Shown: positions 1 through 12,346 of the stretch, piece by piece | How positions within the stretch are numbered: position 1 is the first letter of the stretch | Layout: each line of letters opens with the position of its first letter | Assembly: GCA_964016885.1 (NCBI GenBank) | Contig: OZ024740.1 | Location: 78,988,001 to 79,052,000 of the forward strand | Direction: 5' to 3' | Length of the DNA: 64,000 bases | From: Eledone cirrhosa | Lineage: Eukaryota | Program-made: the position numbers and the translations under genes | Notes under the pieces: model-generated | Databases searched by the model: none | What the model saw: only the letters and a program-made list of their open reading frames with translations | Told to the model about the DNA's origin: nothing

Positions 1-1203
1 GGGTACTCTGTATTACTGCGTGACGCCAGAGGTCACGGTCGTGTGACATCACCTTTGAAAGGTGTAATTGGATAAGGTCGGCTTTTATCACATCATCCCA
101 GGTCATCTTGGGTCTCCCCACTCTGCGGTTTCCATCGACTTTTAGTGCTCTGCACCTTTTTATGCAGCTGTCATCCTTCATACGCATCACATGTCCATAC
201 CAACGCATCCGCCTCTCCTGCACACAGCATTTGATTCCTCTTATGCTCAGTCTCTCTCTCAATTCATTTATGCTTTGTCGTTCGCGTATATTACTATTAC
301 ACATCCATCGGAGCATGCAGGCTTCGTTTCTCTCTAATCTACGTAAGTCTTCCACCTTCAGCACCCAGGTCTCACTACCATGTAACATTGCTGTTCGGAT
401 ACACGCATCATACAGTCTGCCTTTCATTTTGAGGGAGAAGCATTTTGCAGCTAGCATTGGTAGTAGTTCCCTGAACTTCTTCCATCCTGTTCTTACCCTA
501 GTTATTGTACTTTCTGAACACCCACCTCCGCTGCTAATTCGGTCACCTAGGTAGCAGAAGCTGTCTACTGTCTCTACAGAGCCCTCCCAGAGATTGGTGG
601 TACTTGTTTCCTGTGGCTGTTTGCTGCTTGCTGTCCCAGTACAGCTGCTGCATGTGAAGCCTACATTCTCAATTAAGCTTCCTGAGATCCCGCTACATCT
701 CTTGTGTACCCATTGTTTGCATTTGGGGCAGAGAATGGAGTTCCTACCTACACCTTTCCTACATACTGAGGGGATCTGGGTTCTGTTTTCTCTCTACTTA
801 CAAGGACCTTAGTCTTTGTCATGTTGACTTTGAGACCCTTTCTTTCTAGTCCCTGCTTCCAAGTTTGGAATTTATTCTCTAGTTCTACCATAGATTCAGC
901 TATAAGTGCGAGGTCATCAGCATACAGGAGTTCCCATGGGAATCCGGTCTTAAACTCCTCCGTTATTGCCTGCAGGACTATGATGAACAAGAGAGGGCTA
1001 AGAACAGAGCCCTGATGGACCCCAACCTGTACACTAAATTCCTCGCTATACTCATTGCTAATCCTAACTTTGCTGACTGCTCCCCTATACATGGCTTGTA
1101 CAGCTTTTACAAGCCATTCATCTACTCCTAGTTTTCTAAGAGCCCACCAGATTACAGCACGTGGAACTCTGTCAAAGGCTTTCTCGAGATTGACGAATGC
1201 CAA
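1..1203 (-). mobile_element. 5'-truncated RTE-clade LINE (RT, PHD-like finger, C-terminus); runs off the window start
   Basis: Minus-strand ORF with LEKAFDRVPR, GVHQGSVLSPLLF and LYADDL RT motifs; near-identical reverse complement of ~18818-20037; 18-bp and 1-bp deletions near 770-795. Confidence 0.95.
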
Positions 1204-1822
1204 TGAAAATACAATAGTAAATATAGTGTAATGTAAATGTTAAAGAGTTAATGATGGTTATTTCATAAAATTATGGTGGAAACTTTTTAGATAAATATAA
1301 ACATTTTAAAATAAACCAAGGGGTATTATAGGTTGTTTGGTATGAAATGGGTTAAATTAAAATTGTCCATCATAATTTTTGTAAAGATCTTTCTTTCAGT
1401 TATGCTGAAAAAGTTGGTGAATTTACTAAATTCCTCCAAATTGGTAATTAATTTAAAAATTTGAATTGAAACATATAAGCAGGATATTTTATTAGAAATT
1501 TTCATCATCATTTCCATGCTGGCATTGGTTGGACCATTTGAGGGAGAATTCTATGGCAGATGTCCTTCCTGATACCAACCCTTATTTGGCTTTTTTTAAA
1601 GTAAAGTATAGTTGATTATTCCACTATAGAAAAAATCGACTGTGTTCAGACATGGGGAGGGTTGGGCTCTGCCAGTTTTAAATGTGCCCTAGACACACCG
1701 TATGATGGTGCCTCTATGACTCCACAAGGTGTTATGGGATCTTTATCCCTTATAGATCTTTGCACATCTAACATCTGAACTGTTAGTGATATCAGATAGA
1801 AATACAAAGTGAAGAGACAAGT

Positions 1823-1862
<40 letters not shown>

Positions 1863-1911
1863 CATTGTCATCATTTTACATCCAAACTGACATATATATT
1901 TCTCAGTAATT

Positions 1912-2141
1912 TTTTTCCATTCCTTCCTCATTTCGCTTTCAACCTTTCTATTTCATCTTTTATTTCTCATTCTATCGTCTGATGAAAGACTAATGTCCAA
2001 AATGTAAAGACCCTCTTCCTACTATATCAAGTGTTAAACTAATATTTTTCTTCATTGTATTGTTTTATTTGCTTTATTTCTGTTTACATTTACATACACA
2101 CACATGTGTACAAAGAAAAATTCTCGGTTTTTAAGTGATGA

Positions 2142-2185
<44 letters not shown>

Positions 2186-2475
2186 GATGCAATAAAAATA
2201 GTTTATAAAACGGGGTGAAGACCCTTAAAAGAGGGAAAAAGAAGTTATCATCGGCCGCTATATATAAAAATATATGACTGAACACCCATATGCTTTTCTC
2301 CGTTCCTTCCTCTTCTTACTCTCTATCTTTTTATATCTTCTATTTCTCATTCTATCTCCTGCTGAAGAACTAGTGTCCAAAACATTAAGATTCTCTACCT
2401 TCTATATCAGGTGTTAAATTATTATATTTCTTCATTATATTGTTTTGTTTGCATTGTTGTGTCTGTGTACATTTC
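1912..2475 (+). repeat. Two diverged ~180-bp direct repeats (1912-2093, 2295-2475), each with a decayed hammerhead-like motif; Penelope pLTR-like
   Basis: Shared 'atttctcattctatc..ctg(a/c)tga..gacta.tgtccaaaa..taaga' and shared downstream sequence; a (TA)n tract lies between them. Confidence 0.65.
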
Positions 2476-5195
2476 TCATCATCATCATTTTACGTCTGCT
2501 TTTCCCTGCTTGCAAGGGTTGGACGGGTCCTATTCAGCACAGCATCTCTCCACTTGTTATGGTCCTTCGTCATCTCCTCGGTGAGTTTCAGCGATCTGAG
2601 GTCTGCTCTCACCACCTCCGCCCATGTTTTTCGTGGTATACCTGTACTGCGCCTTCCTTCTACTGGGATTTCTTGGCACTTCTTTACCCAGCAATCATCC
2701 TCCATGTGCATCACATGTCCATACCATCTCAGCCTACTCTCCTACACACCACAACTTATCCCTCTTATACCCAGTTTCTTTCTCAACTTGTCTATGCTTG
2801 GTCATTCACGCACATTGGTATTGCACATCCAATGGAGCATACTTGCTTCATTTCTCTCCAGCCGTTGCATATCCTCTGCAGTTGCTGCCCATGTCTCACT
2901 ACCATGCAACATCGCGCTCCTCACACATGCATCATATAACCGTCCTTTCGTACAGAGGGAGAAACCCTTCTTTGTCAACAGAAGAAGCAGCTCCCTAAAC
3001 TTCTTCCAACCTGTCCTTATTCTAGATACTATGGCCTCGGAACACCCCCTCCCATGCTAATCTGATCACCTAGGTACCGGTAGCTATCAACCACTTCTAT
3101 AGAACCCACCTGCATTGGAAAAATGTGTCTATCACTGATTACTACTGCCAACTTTCCCTGTACATCTGCTGCATACATAGTTTTCCCTACCTGTTAGTTT
3201 GCCTGCTATCCCACTACATCTTTTGTGTACCCAAGATCTGCATTGTGTATATTTTATGGGATTTATGCCAGTTCCTTTCCTACATATCGAACATGGCCAT
3301 TTCCCTGATGGAATCAGAGTATTGTCTTCTCTCCTACTTATCAACACTTTTGTTTTAGCTATGTTCACTCTCATGCCTCTTGATTCCAACTGCTGTTTCC
3401 ATTGCCAGAATTTCTTCTCTAGATCCTCTACTGATTCTGCTATAAGATCATCAGCATAGAGAAGTTCCCATGGGCAGCCTGTCTTAAACTCCTCTGTTAT
3501 GGCTTGGAAGACTATAATGAACAAGAGCAGGCTGAGGACCGAACCCTGATGTACACCTACTTGTATCTGGAATTCCTCACTAAACTCCATTCCTATTCTC
3601 ATTTTACTGACAGCACCCCTGTACATAGCTTGCACTGTCCTCACAAGCCATTCCTCTACACCTGGTTTCACCAGATGACAGATCGGGGTACCCTATCAAA
3701 GGCCTTCTCTAGGTCAACAAAAGCTAAGTATAGGGGCTTATTCTTCTCTAAGAACCTCTCTTGTAGTTGCCTCACTAAGAAGAGGGCATCTGTTGTACTT
3801 TTTCGAGGCACAAAACCAAACTGCATCTCATCTAATTTGACCCTTTCTCTAATCAGTTGCGCTAATATTCTCTCTGTCACTTTCATAACCTGATCCATCA
3901 GCTTTATGCCCCTGTAGTGACTGAGATGGTCGCTTAGCAACTAGCAGTTGCCTCCCCTTAACAACTCTTCAGAGAGCGGAGGCAAGATACATCCGGTCAC
4001 AGACGCGGACATGAACAGACGTGAAAGGATTCGCTCCTCAAAAAAATATTGACCATGCTCGCTTCGTGAGGGACTATGTGAAAATGCCCTCCTTCGGATC
4101 AAGGACGCCACGATATCTCGACTAATATGCATTCGCTTATTCCTTCATTTTTCCTGCACCGGAGAATATAATTACACTACTTCTATTAACCCACAAGGTA
4201 TATTTGAATTGACATTGTACATAATTTATTAAATGTCGCATTTAATAAAGTATCGTTGATTTTTGACTGTTCACCCCCTTCTGGAGTCATTTATTTCTAC
4301 AAAGAGAAACAATGTATTGTCCATTCATCTACAATCTTTCGTTTTCTTTACCCCTATAATTGCTCCTCTCTAGAGCATCCTCTTTACCTTTGTAGCAATT
4401 TATGAGAATACTGCTGCACCAGTCTTTGTGTATGACACCACCATATATAGCTTGATTAATGATGCGTACAACTAGTTTAGTGCCTACTTCTCCTGATGCC
4501 TTCAGCATTTCAGCAACTATCCCTGACAGTCCAGCAGCCTTACCATTCTTCATTTCCTTAATTGCCTCTTGTACCCTATATTCGTCAATCTCAATAGCTG
4601 GTCCCTCTGTTGGGTCTATTGGGGATAGTTTCTCTCTGTCCCATTCGTTCTCCACATTCATCAGTCTCTCATAATGACATTTCCAGGCCTCCTTTTTTTG
4701 ATCATTCGTGACACTAACTACACCAGCATCATTCTGGACACACTTATCTCCAACAACATCCTGGTTTGTACTGACACACTGCCTGGCAATGCAGAACACC
4801 ACACGTCTCTGATCTTCCCGTCGCAGAACATTGGCAAATCTCCTACTCTCAGCCTCCCTGCGTGCTAAGTACACCTGACGTCTAGCTTCTCTCTTAGCGG
4901 CTGTGTATCCTTTTCTACTCCCACCATTTTTCCAAGCCTTCCATGCCAGTCTTTTGTCTCTAAAGGCCCTATCTACCGTGCTGTTCCACCACCAAGTCAC
5001 TCTCTATCTGGTTGAAGCTCTGTCCCAACCACAAGTTTCTTCAGTAGTCTGCAGTAAGTTGTCACGCAAGAAATTCCAGTTATCATCTATGTCATACGAT
5101 TCTAAATCGTCTTCCTTTCCGTCATACACATCTTGAAGGTCTTTGCTAAATTTATATTTTAATGAAAGGTCTTTTAGCTTCCAGACCTTTCTTTT
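2476..5195 (-). mobile_element. Degenerate RTE LINE, second subfamily, with (GAT)n tail; interrupted at 3913-4350
   Basis: Fragmented ORFs 5004-5190, 4351-5000 (TWWWN..KAAGLSGIVAEMLKA), 3668-3912 (RGIKLMDQ..MQFGF..DLEKAFD), 3132-3671 (YADD); 3' end 'gcaagcagggaaaagcagacgtaaaatgatgatg' on -. Confidence 0.93.
3913..4350. mobile_element. ~438-bp insertion in the RTE, probable solo LTR
   Basis: Splits the NYRG|IKL codons; flanked by CCCC (or CCCCT) duplication; starts TGTAG; AATAAA at 4244; ends TTTA, not CA. Confidence 0.55.
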
Positions 5196-5198
5196 GCC

Positions 5199-5412
5199 TG
5201 ATGACGGTCGTGGGGTTCTCACACATGGCCTCACTAGCCACCCCACTACCGTGCGCAGCCCTAACATGGTTAGTGTTATTGCTGTTTACGCAGTTGTTTT
5301 TGTGCGATTGCTTGATGACGGTTGGGGGGTTCTCGCACATGGCCACACCAGCCACCCCACTACTATGCGCAGCCCTAACATGGTTAGTGTTATTGCTGTT
5401 GCTGCAGTTGTT
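5199..5412 (+). repeat. Two tandem ~114-bp units, each with a GC-rich hairpin and a GTT-rich tail
   Basis: 'gatgacggt..ggggttctc..agccaccccactac..tgcgcagccctaacatggttagtgttattgctgtt' occurs at 5199 and 5314. Confidence 0.85.
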
Positions 5413-5964
5413 GCAATTCTTATTTGTTGTGCTCATAATTTTGGCATTTATTATACTTGTTGGATGCTCTTCCTAACACCAGCACCACTTTACAGCATGG
5501 ACTGTGTGCTTTTATTTGTGCCACCAGCACTAGGGAAGTTGTCTTACTGGACTTAGGGGACTTCTCTACCCTGCACCAATTTATTCGGAGTGGTAACACT
5601 CCTAGAGAAGTTGCCTACATTGCAGCTTACGAAGCCTCTGTCCGCCCCTTGTCTGTTCGGGCATGTATACCAAATGTGGTGGGGGTGGGAAGTGAGAACC
5701 GTAATAGCTGATACATAGAATTCTAACAGAGTTTCCAAGTCACATACACACAAATATATAAATAAACAAATACAACCATCTTTATGAAAAGTGAGAGCTT
5801 TCACTTTCGTTCAATCCGATACATATAATATTTGACATAATTTTGGAGATATGAAGAAAGCAAAACCTATCTTTAAGAATCCACGTAGAGTAATGATTTT
5901 CACATGTAGAGATAATGGAAATCTTCTCGTGGTTGCTACATAGAATTTTTTAACATATATATAT

Positions 5965-6294
5965 ATAAATGTAATCTGAGTTTTTCGAATACTAATAATA
6001 ATATGCAATTCATTTGCAATTATGGAAGCAAGCCTCATTTTTAAAGCTATGTCAGTAGAATGAGCCCCTCATTCTTGTTCTTGTGTTGGCATGTAAACAG
6101 AACTGCAGACACTAATGTTTCTGGGTATTACTCTTCATCAGTACAGTTGTCTGCAGTTTTTTTTACATGCCAACACAAGAGCAAGAATGAGGGGCTCACT
6201 CTACTGACATGGCTTTAAAAATGAGGCTTGCTTGCATAATTGCAAATGAATCAAATACTATTATTAATATTCGAAAAACTTGTATTACATTTAT
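5965..6294. repeat. Fold-back element with ~145-bp inverted arms around a hammerhead core
   Basis: 5965-6111 is the reverse complement of 6148-6294 with scattered mismatches; flanked by (TA)n. Confidence 0.9.
6101..6148 (-). ncRNA. Minimal type I hammerhead ribozyme motif
   Basis: Minus strand: AACUGUA-CUGAUGA-AGAGUAAUACCCA-GAAAC-AUUAGU-GUC|UGCAGUU; 7-bp stem I, GUC cleavage triplet, imperfect stem II. Confidence 0.7.
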
Positions 6295-6348
6295 TGTATT
6301 CAGCCATGTAGAGCGAAAATTATATATATATATTTATATATATATATT

Positions 6349-6399
<51 letters not shown>

Positions 6400-9300
6400 A
6401 TATATATATAATAAATTGAGAGAATAACCAAGTTAGACTTACAACATAATTTTATCCTACATATGTTTCAATCTGTAACAGCAGGCCATACCTCAATATA
6501 CATTGGATATTTGTCTGCTGGTCTACATACCTTGAGGAATTTAAAATATTGCTATAAGTAGCAACATTAAAATATGCAAATATATATATGTATATATTGA
6601 TGTAAGGAAGGGCATCCAGCCATAGAAAACCTGCCAGACAGTCCTATACGAGCGAGACACGGTCTTCCAACCAATCTTGCCTCAAGTGGGACAATTCTCG
6701 TCTAAATCCATGCTAGCATGGAAAATAGACATTAAACGATGATAATGATATATATATATATATATATATTAATTATATAGTTTCCATCAACAAAATTTAC
6801 TCACAGGTATTATTTTGTCTGTGACTACAGAAAAGACAGTGACCCAAGGTGCCATGCAGTGGGATAGAAAACAAGACTATGTGATTGCAAAGCAAATTGT
6901 TAACACACACAGCTAAGCTTACACCCACTGGTCACAAAAAGGTTAAGCTATCAATTTGTATTTTAAAATTACTTAATATTGTTGAATGAATTGAATATTC
7001 CATTCGGTCTGTGGCTTCTTTCACTATATTTTCTAGAATGTTAAACATCTGGTATTAGTCAGGTTTGCATATATAAACAATAATACAAAGTTGATTTGTC
7101 AAGGGAACTCCAAAGGTTTTAGCTTAAGAACATCTGCACCAGAAGTGTTTCTTTTAGTTAGATTTCTAGCTCTCCATTCATCTGGTCATCTATCATAATC
7201 TTAGCCAGTAGCTTTTCTTTCCAGTTAATGAACTTCCTCTCTGCTTTTTTCATTATAGACCTTAATCCTATATATTACTGTGATTCTATGAAACTCATTT
7301 ACCACATGACTTATGAAAGAAAGATTTTTTAGTGCTTCTAATAAATAATTTCTCTGAAATATTTATGGTAAAATAAAAAGTTTACATCACAGAACATTCT
7401 CACTTCCTACAAAAAACAAACAAAAAAGCCTTGCATTGAATTAATTTACTATAATAGAATAATTATTTTTAGGAGATCATTTCTCATTTCTTTATTTTAT
7501 AACATGATTTAATATCTCAGACCCTAGTGTTGAATTTTTTAATTAGTTAAGTTTCAGTTTCGTATAAAAATATTTCAACTGAGAATGAAGCTATCATATG
7601 ATTTTTGTCATTTTATATTCATTTTCCCATTCTAGCATCAATTAAACAAGCTGTTACAAACTAAATCAGTACTTAATTGGAGCTACTAGACAGGCCAGAA
7701 ACCATATCTTACATTAACTCTAGTTTTGTAGTTTTGGCATGGTTCCTACAGCTGGATGTCCTTCCTATTCCCAATCACTTTACAGTGTTAGCTGCATTTT
7801 ATTGTGGTGTTAGCCTTAGGATGGTGTGTCGTGTCCTTGGCACAGCTAAGAATCCTCATAAACTTTTGTTTAGCATGGTTTCTACAGTTGGATGCCCTGC
7901 CTAATGCCAGCCACTTTACAGAGTTATATATAATAAAATTCACTGATGAAAATCATCAATTACATGTCTATTTATCTATACTGGTATGGGTTAGTCTTTT
8001 TGAGACAGAATTCTATGGTTAGATATCCTTCCTGATAACAGCTCACACTTGATCATAACCATGTCAGGCTACTCAGAGATGTTTTCAAAATCAAATCCCA
8101 TACAATGGTTTTTTTCAGGCTCTAAAGCACCCAGACGGGACAACTCCTCTCCTATTTGTCACTCATTTGGAATGCCACATATTGCAACACAAACCCAGGC
8201 AGTGCCACTTGCAATGCAGAAGAGTAGAACATAACTAAATATCAGGCATTGACTGGTGGTTTCCTTTTATGCAAGTCACCATTGAAACCTCTGGTGTCCT
8301 TGATCCCCAGACAGCCATTTTCCTCCATTTAATCAGAATGAGGATGTCACACCAGCAGAAAGAGATCTGCAAGATGGAATATATACCATCCAACTGAGAT
8401 ACACTATTCAATCAGGTGTAGACTTTGCCCCCTACCCATTTCTATCTCATTTTCTTTCCTTTTTTCTTCCTGCCTTTTAGTCATTGTATTTATTATATTG
8501 TTCATACATGAGTTAAATATAATACACTATACAAAACAAACAAAAAGAATACACTAGCCCTTCTTTTTTATGGAGGGAAGTATTAATAGTAGTACACATC
8601 TAATGTACTACCATTCTTTGAGGGATATTTGGGTACTGTTTGTAGTATGTTGAATGACTACATAGTGATAATGAATGTTGGCTAAAGAATTATCATCAGT
8701 TTGTTGTGAAAATTTGCTAATAGAGAGATAGGAAGTTAAATATATGATTTGAGAAAATTGGATCTTATAAAAGAATTAACAAAATATGTGAAACTGAAAA
8801 TATGTAGCCAAAACCAATGCAACAGTGTATAAAACACACTCTTATATTGAAGAAGAAAAAAAGGAAAGAGGCTGATCCTCAGATCAAACCAAGGAAAATA
8901 TGTTTTCCTGGTCTTTCCATTGTTGATATTATCGATTGGTCACAACTCCTGGCAGAAGTGTCACAACTTGGAGATAAAAGATAAAAATATAGACAGAGCC
9001 AGAACAGATACTGTAAGACATTCCATCCAATTCTTTAACAATTCTGCCAATTCATCAACTCCAGACTGGTACTTTATTTATTGACCTTAAAACATTGAAA
9101 GGAATGGTTGACCTCAACTGGATTTGAAGTCAGAAACTGTGAAGCATTTAATTTGATGCTAAAACAACTCTACTATTTCAACACCAAAGAAATATTTGGG
9201 AAAAAGGTTACAGTAACATGTATGATTTTATTTGGTGTATATAATGTAGATAGATTTTGACATCAAATTTTGGGGTAAAAAGGTACATTGTGTACACTAA

Positions 9301-9989
9301 AAAATATGGTAATTTATATTGTAAGAACTATATAAGAATTAAAAAACTAGATTGAATATCAAACTAATAATTAAGATAGATAAGAGATGAAGATGTAGGT
9401 TAGCAATGGAATATCTAGAGCGAAAAACTTTACAGATTGAAAGATAGCAGATTGTAACTTAACTGTATGTGGATAGTACACCTTGATTAAAGCAAATATT
9501 CAGATAATTAAGGATATCAATTAATTTAGGAGTGATATTTATAGTCTACTTGGTTACGAGTTTTACATGCACTTTCATTTTATAGGCTATATGTTATCTT
9601 GATGACATAATTGGTACTGAAGAAAGTATGATGTTTTAAGATCTTGGAGAATGAACTGTGATGATTGAATCTCTCCAGCACTGAAGTTGTATACAGTCTG
9701 GTAATAGGTTATATTAGTAAAGTTGTTAGAGTGTTAAAAGGACTGCTTTGCATTGTTTGTTCTGACTCTCTCTACTACTGAAATAAAACTGGTGCCAAGC
9801 TGTTGTTCTTGCCATTTCCTTGGACATCATTGAGGGCATGGAGAAGGGAGGCTTGCATGCATGGGTAGCTGTTAGTTTTCCCTTTTCTATCATTATTACC
9901 ACAGGAAGTGCTCTGATGAGCTTTCTCTTTTGGTTCCAGATCACTTTTAGCCATCTTGCCTAACTTGAAATTCACAGTGTCTTCATTTG

Positions 9990-10220
9990 GATGCTGTTGT
10001 AGTTCCAGGAATAGGAAGTCTTTTTACAGTGGTAGCTATTTTCCTCGAACTGCCAGATTTTGGAACTCTTTTCCATCTCATTGTTTTCTTCCTTCTTATG
10101 GCCTGAACTCTTCCAAGTCTAAAGTAAATCCACTCCTTTCATCTTCATTTCTTCTTCTTCGTAGTCCCTGACACTAAGTGGTTTCATGCCTTGTTTGGGA
10201 CTTTCAAAATAATAATAATG
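9990..10220 (+). mobile_element. Old L2/Jockey-group LINE 3' remnant
   Basis: SYFPRTARFWNSFP motif followed by an (AAT)n tail; related remnants at ~27480-27990 and ~39330-39600 (SFIPRMSALWNSLP). Confidence 0.6.
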
Positions 10221-10620
10221 AATAATAAAAAAAAAAATAGAATAGAACAAAAACCTTAAACCTTTCCTTTGTCTGAGGCTTGGAGAGTGTCGTTCTTGGT
10301 GCAGATCTATTGTCTCATGAAACATATAGTGACTCTGGATGGATGGATGTTATATTATGTGTTTGTTTGTTGTTGTTCCCCAAGTGAACCTTGATCCAGC
10401 AAACCTATGATCAAAGGTATTCCAGCTATTATAAGCTCATCTTTTTTTTTTTTGTAAGGGGACTACATTATTTAATGTGCCCTACCTTTCTTTAATACGG
10501 CAGGGTTTTATTTGAAGAAGATTTGGCAGCCACTTGTAGTATATCAAATGTCTACATAGTCACCAGTAAGTTTGTAAGAGCAAGAGAGAGTCTATTGTAA
10601 AAATAGATGATGGATGTTAG

Positions 10621-10849
10621 TTAGCCCTTTAGCATTTATATTACTCTACTATTATATTTTCATAGTAAAAGCTTTATTTCACATAATTATCTCACATAAT
10701 ATGGAATCTACAAGATTTTGATGATGTTATTATCTATTTTGAGAACAATACCTTAATGTCAGTATGAGTGACCAGTTATGGCCAGTTTGAACAGAAAGAA
10801 GTGAGAGAATTCTAGCCAGATATGACCGGTTTAAATACTAAAGGATTGA
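10621..10849. mobile_element. piggyBac-type MITE copy (family of 36658-36863)
   Basis: Starts ttagccctttagcattta, ends taaatactaaaggattgaa; internal similarity to the 36658 copy. Confidence 0.7.
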
Positions 10850-11727
10850 AGAATAATCATCAGTTCACTGTGAGAATCTGTTAATGAAGGGTTAGGCAGT
10901 TAAATAAGATATGATTTGAAAGAACTGCATCTTATAACAGGATTAAAGAGAGATGAGACACTTCAAATATGTAGCTAAAACATACAGAAATATATATTAA
11001 AACTTTTTTTCTCTTAATTATTTCATTAGCCATGTATAAAATTGAAATATAAAAAGAAAAAATGATACACTATTTACAAGGAAGAAAATAAAATGTTCTT
11101 AGGAAATGAATGAAGTCGTTTATTATTGAAAATGTGTTAATCATGCTAGTGAGGCCATCAAGAAGGATTATAGTAAAAAAACTATGATCCTTTTCATGAC
11201 TGCCTGTAACACTGTAATTACACCTACATTAAATTTATCTTAGATTTTCTAATACTGTGCTGTGTATAAATATTTATTATGCAGTTAGTTATGTTGCCAA
11301 ATGAATGTACATTATGCAAATTAAACTGGCTATTTATGTTAAGTTCTGGTTTATGTTTAACACAGATAGTAGTTTGCTGGATGTTCTCTTATTAATTGAA
11401 AGGTTAAGGGGACTCTTTTTGTGATGAGTTGCCAAATTACCTGTGAAACATGTAAAAGCAATCTTTTACGTTTTTCCATATACGAGGAGAATAACAAAAA
11501 ATGTGTTTGTATTTGTTCCTTTTTCACAGCAAGGCTTATAATTTAAAACTGATGTTATACCAACATTAAATTTATCTTAGAATTATTAAAAATAATATTA
11601 ACATCGATGATAATAATGTCTATAAGAAAAAATTGTAAATTTTGATAATGCTGTTAATAATCATTAAATTTGTGAAATTGTTTTTTTTAAAGTGATATTG
11701 TTATATTAGTCATATTGTTATATTACT

Positions 11728-12075
11728 CATCATCATCTTTCTCTACTTGTTTTTTACAAGCTATCATTGGTTGGGTGGGTCTTTTCTAGCACAGCATCTT
11801 ACCACTTGTTATGATCACTTGTTGTCATCTTTATGCCATCAAGCATCCTGGGATCAGAATTTAACACTTTGTCTCATATATTCCTCTCTGCAAGTTTCTC
11901 CCACTTAGATTGTTTGACATTTATTACACAACTATTATTTTCCCTATACATCACATGTCTGTATTAGAGCAGTTTTGCACCCTACAGTTAATTTCTCAGC
12001 TAATTCTTTCCTCTCAGCATCCTTATACTCCACCACTCATACTGATACACATCCAGCAGAGCATGATTGGCTTAT
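11728..12075 (-). mobile_element. Highly decayed RTE 3' fragment
   Basis: (CAT)n followed by 'gcacagcatcttaccacttgttatg', matching the 2476 subfamily 3' end. Confidence 0.6.
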
Positions 12076-12134
12076 CTCTTTTATTAATACCTCAATTTCC
12101 CTCATGCTGGTGCTATGATAAACTGCACCCTGCA

Positions 12135-12346
12135 CACTTTAGCATTTACATTACTCTATATACACTGTTGTATTTTCGCGGTAAAGGAGGCTTTATCTCA
12201 CATAATATCAAATCTATGAGATTTTGATATTATTTATTTTGATAATAGCTTAACATCAGTACAAGTGGCAAGTTACAGCTGATTTGAGCAAAAAGAGGTG
12301 AGAGAATTCTGGCCAGATACAGCCGGTTTAAATGCTAAAGTGGTTG
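12135..12346. mobile_element. piggyBac-type MITE copy
   Basis: ctttagcatttac...ggtttaaatgctaaagtgg; homologous to 10621 and 36658. Confidence 0.7.

Noticed and set aside
108-1015. Plus-strand ORFs (and minus-strand ORFs 18812-19930)
   Set aside because: Antisense shadows of the RTE reading frame
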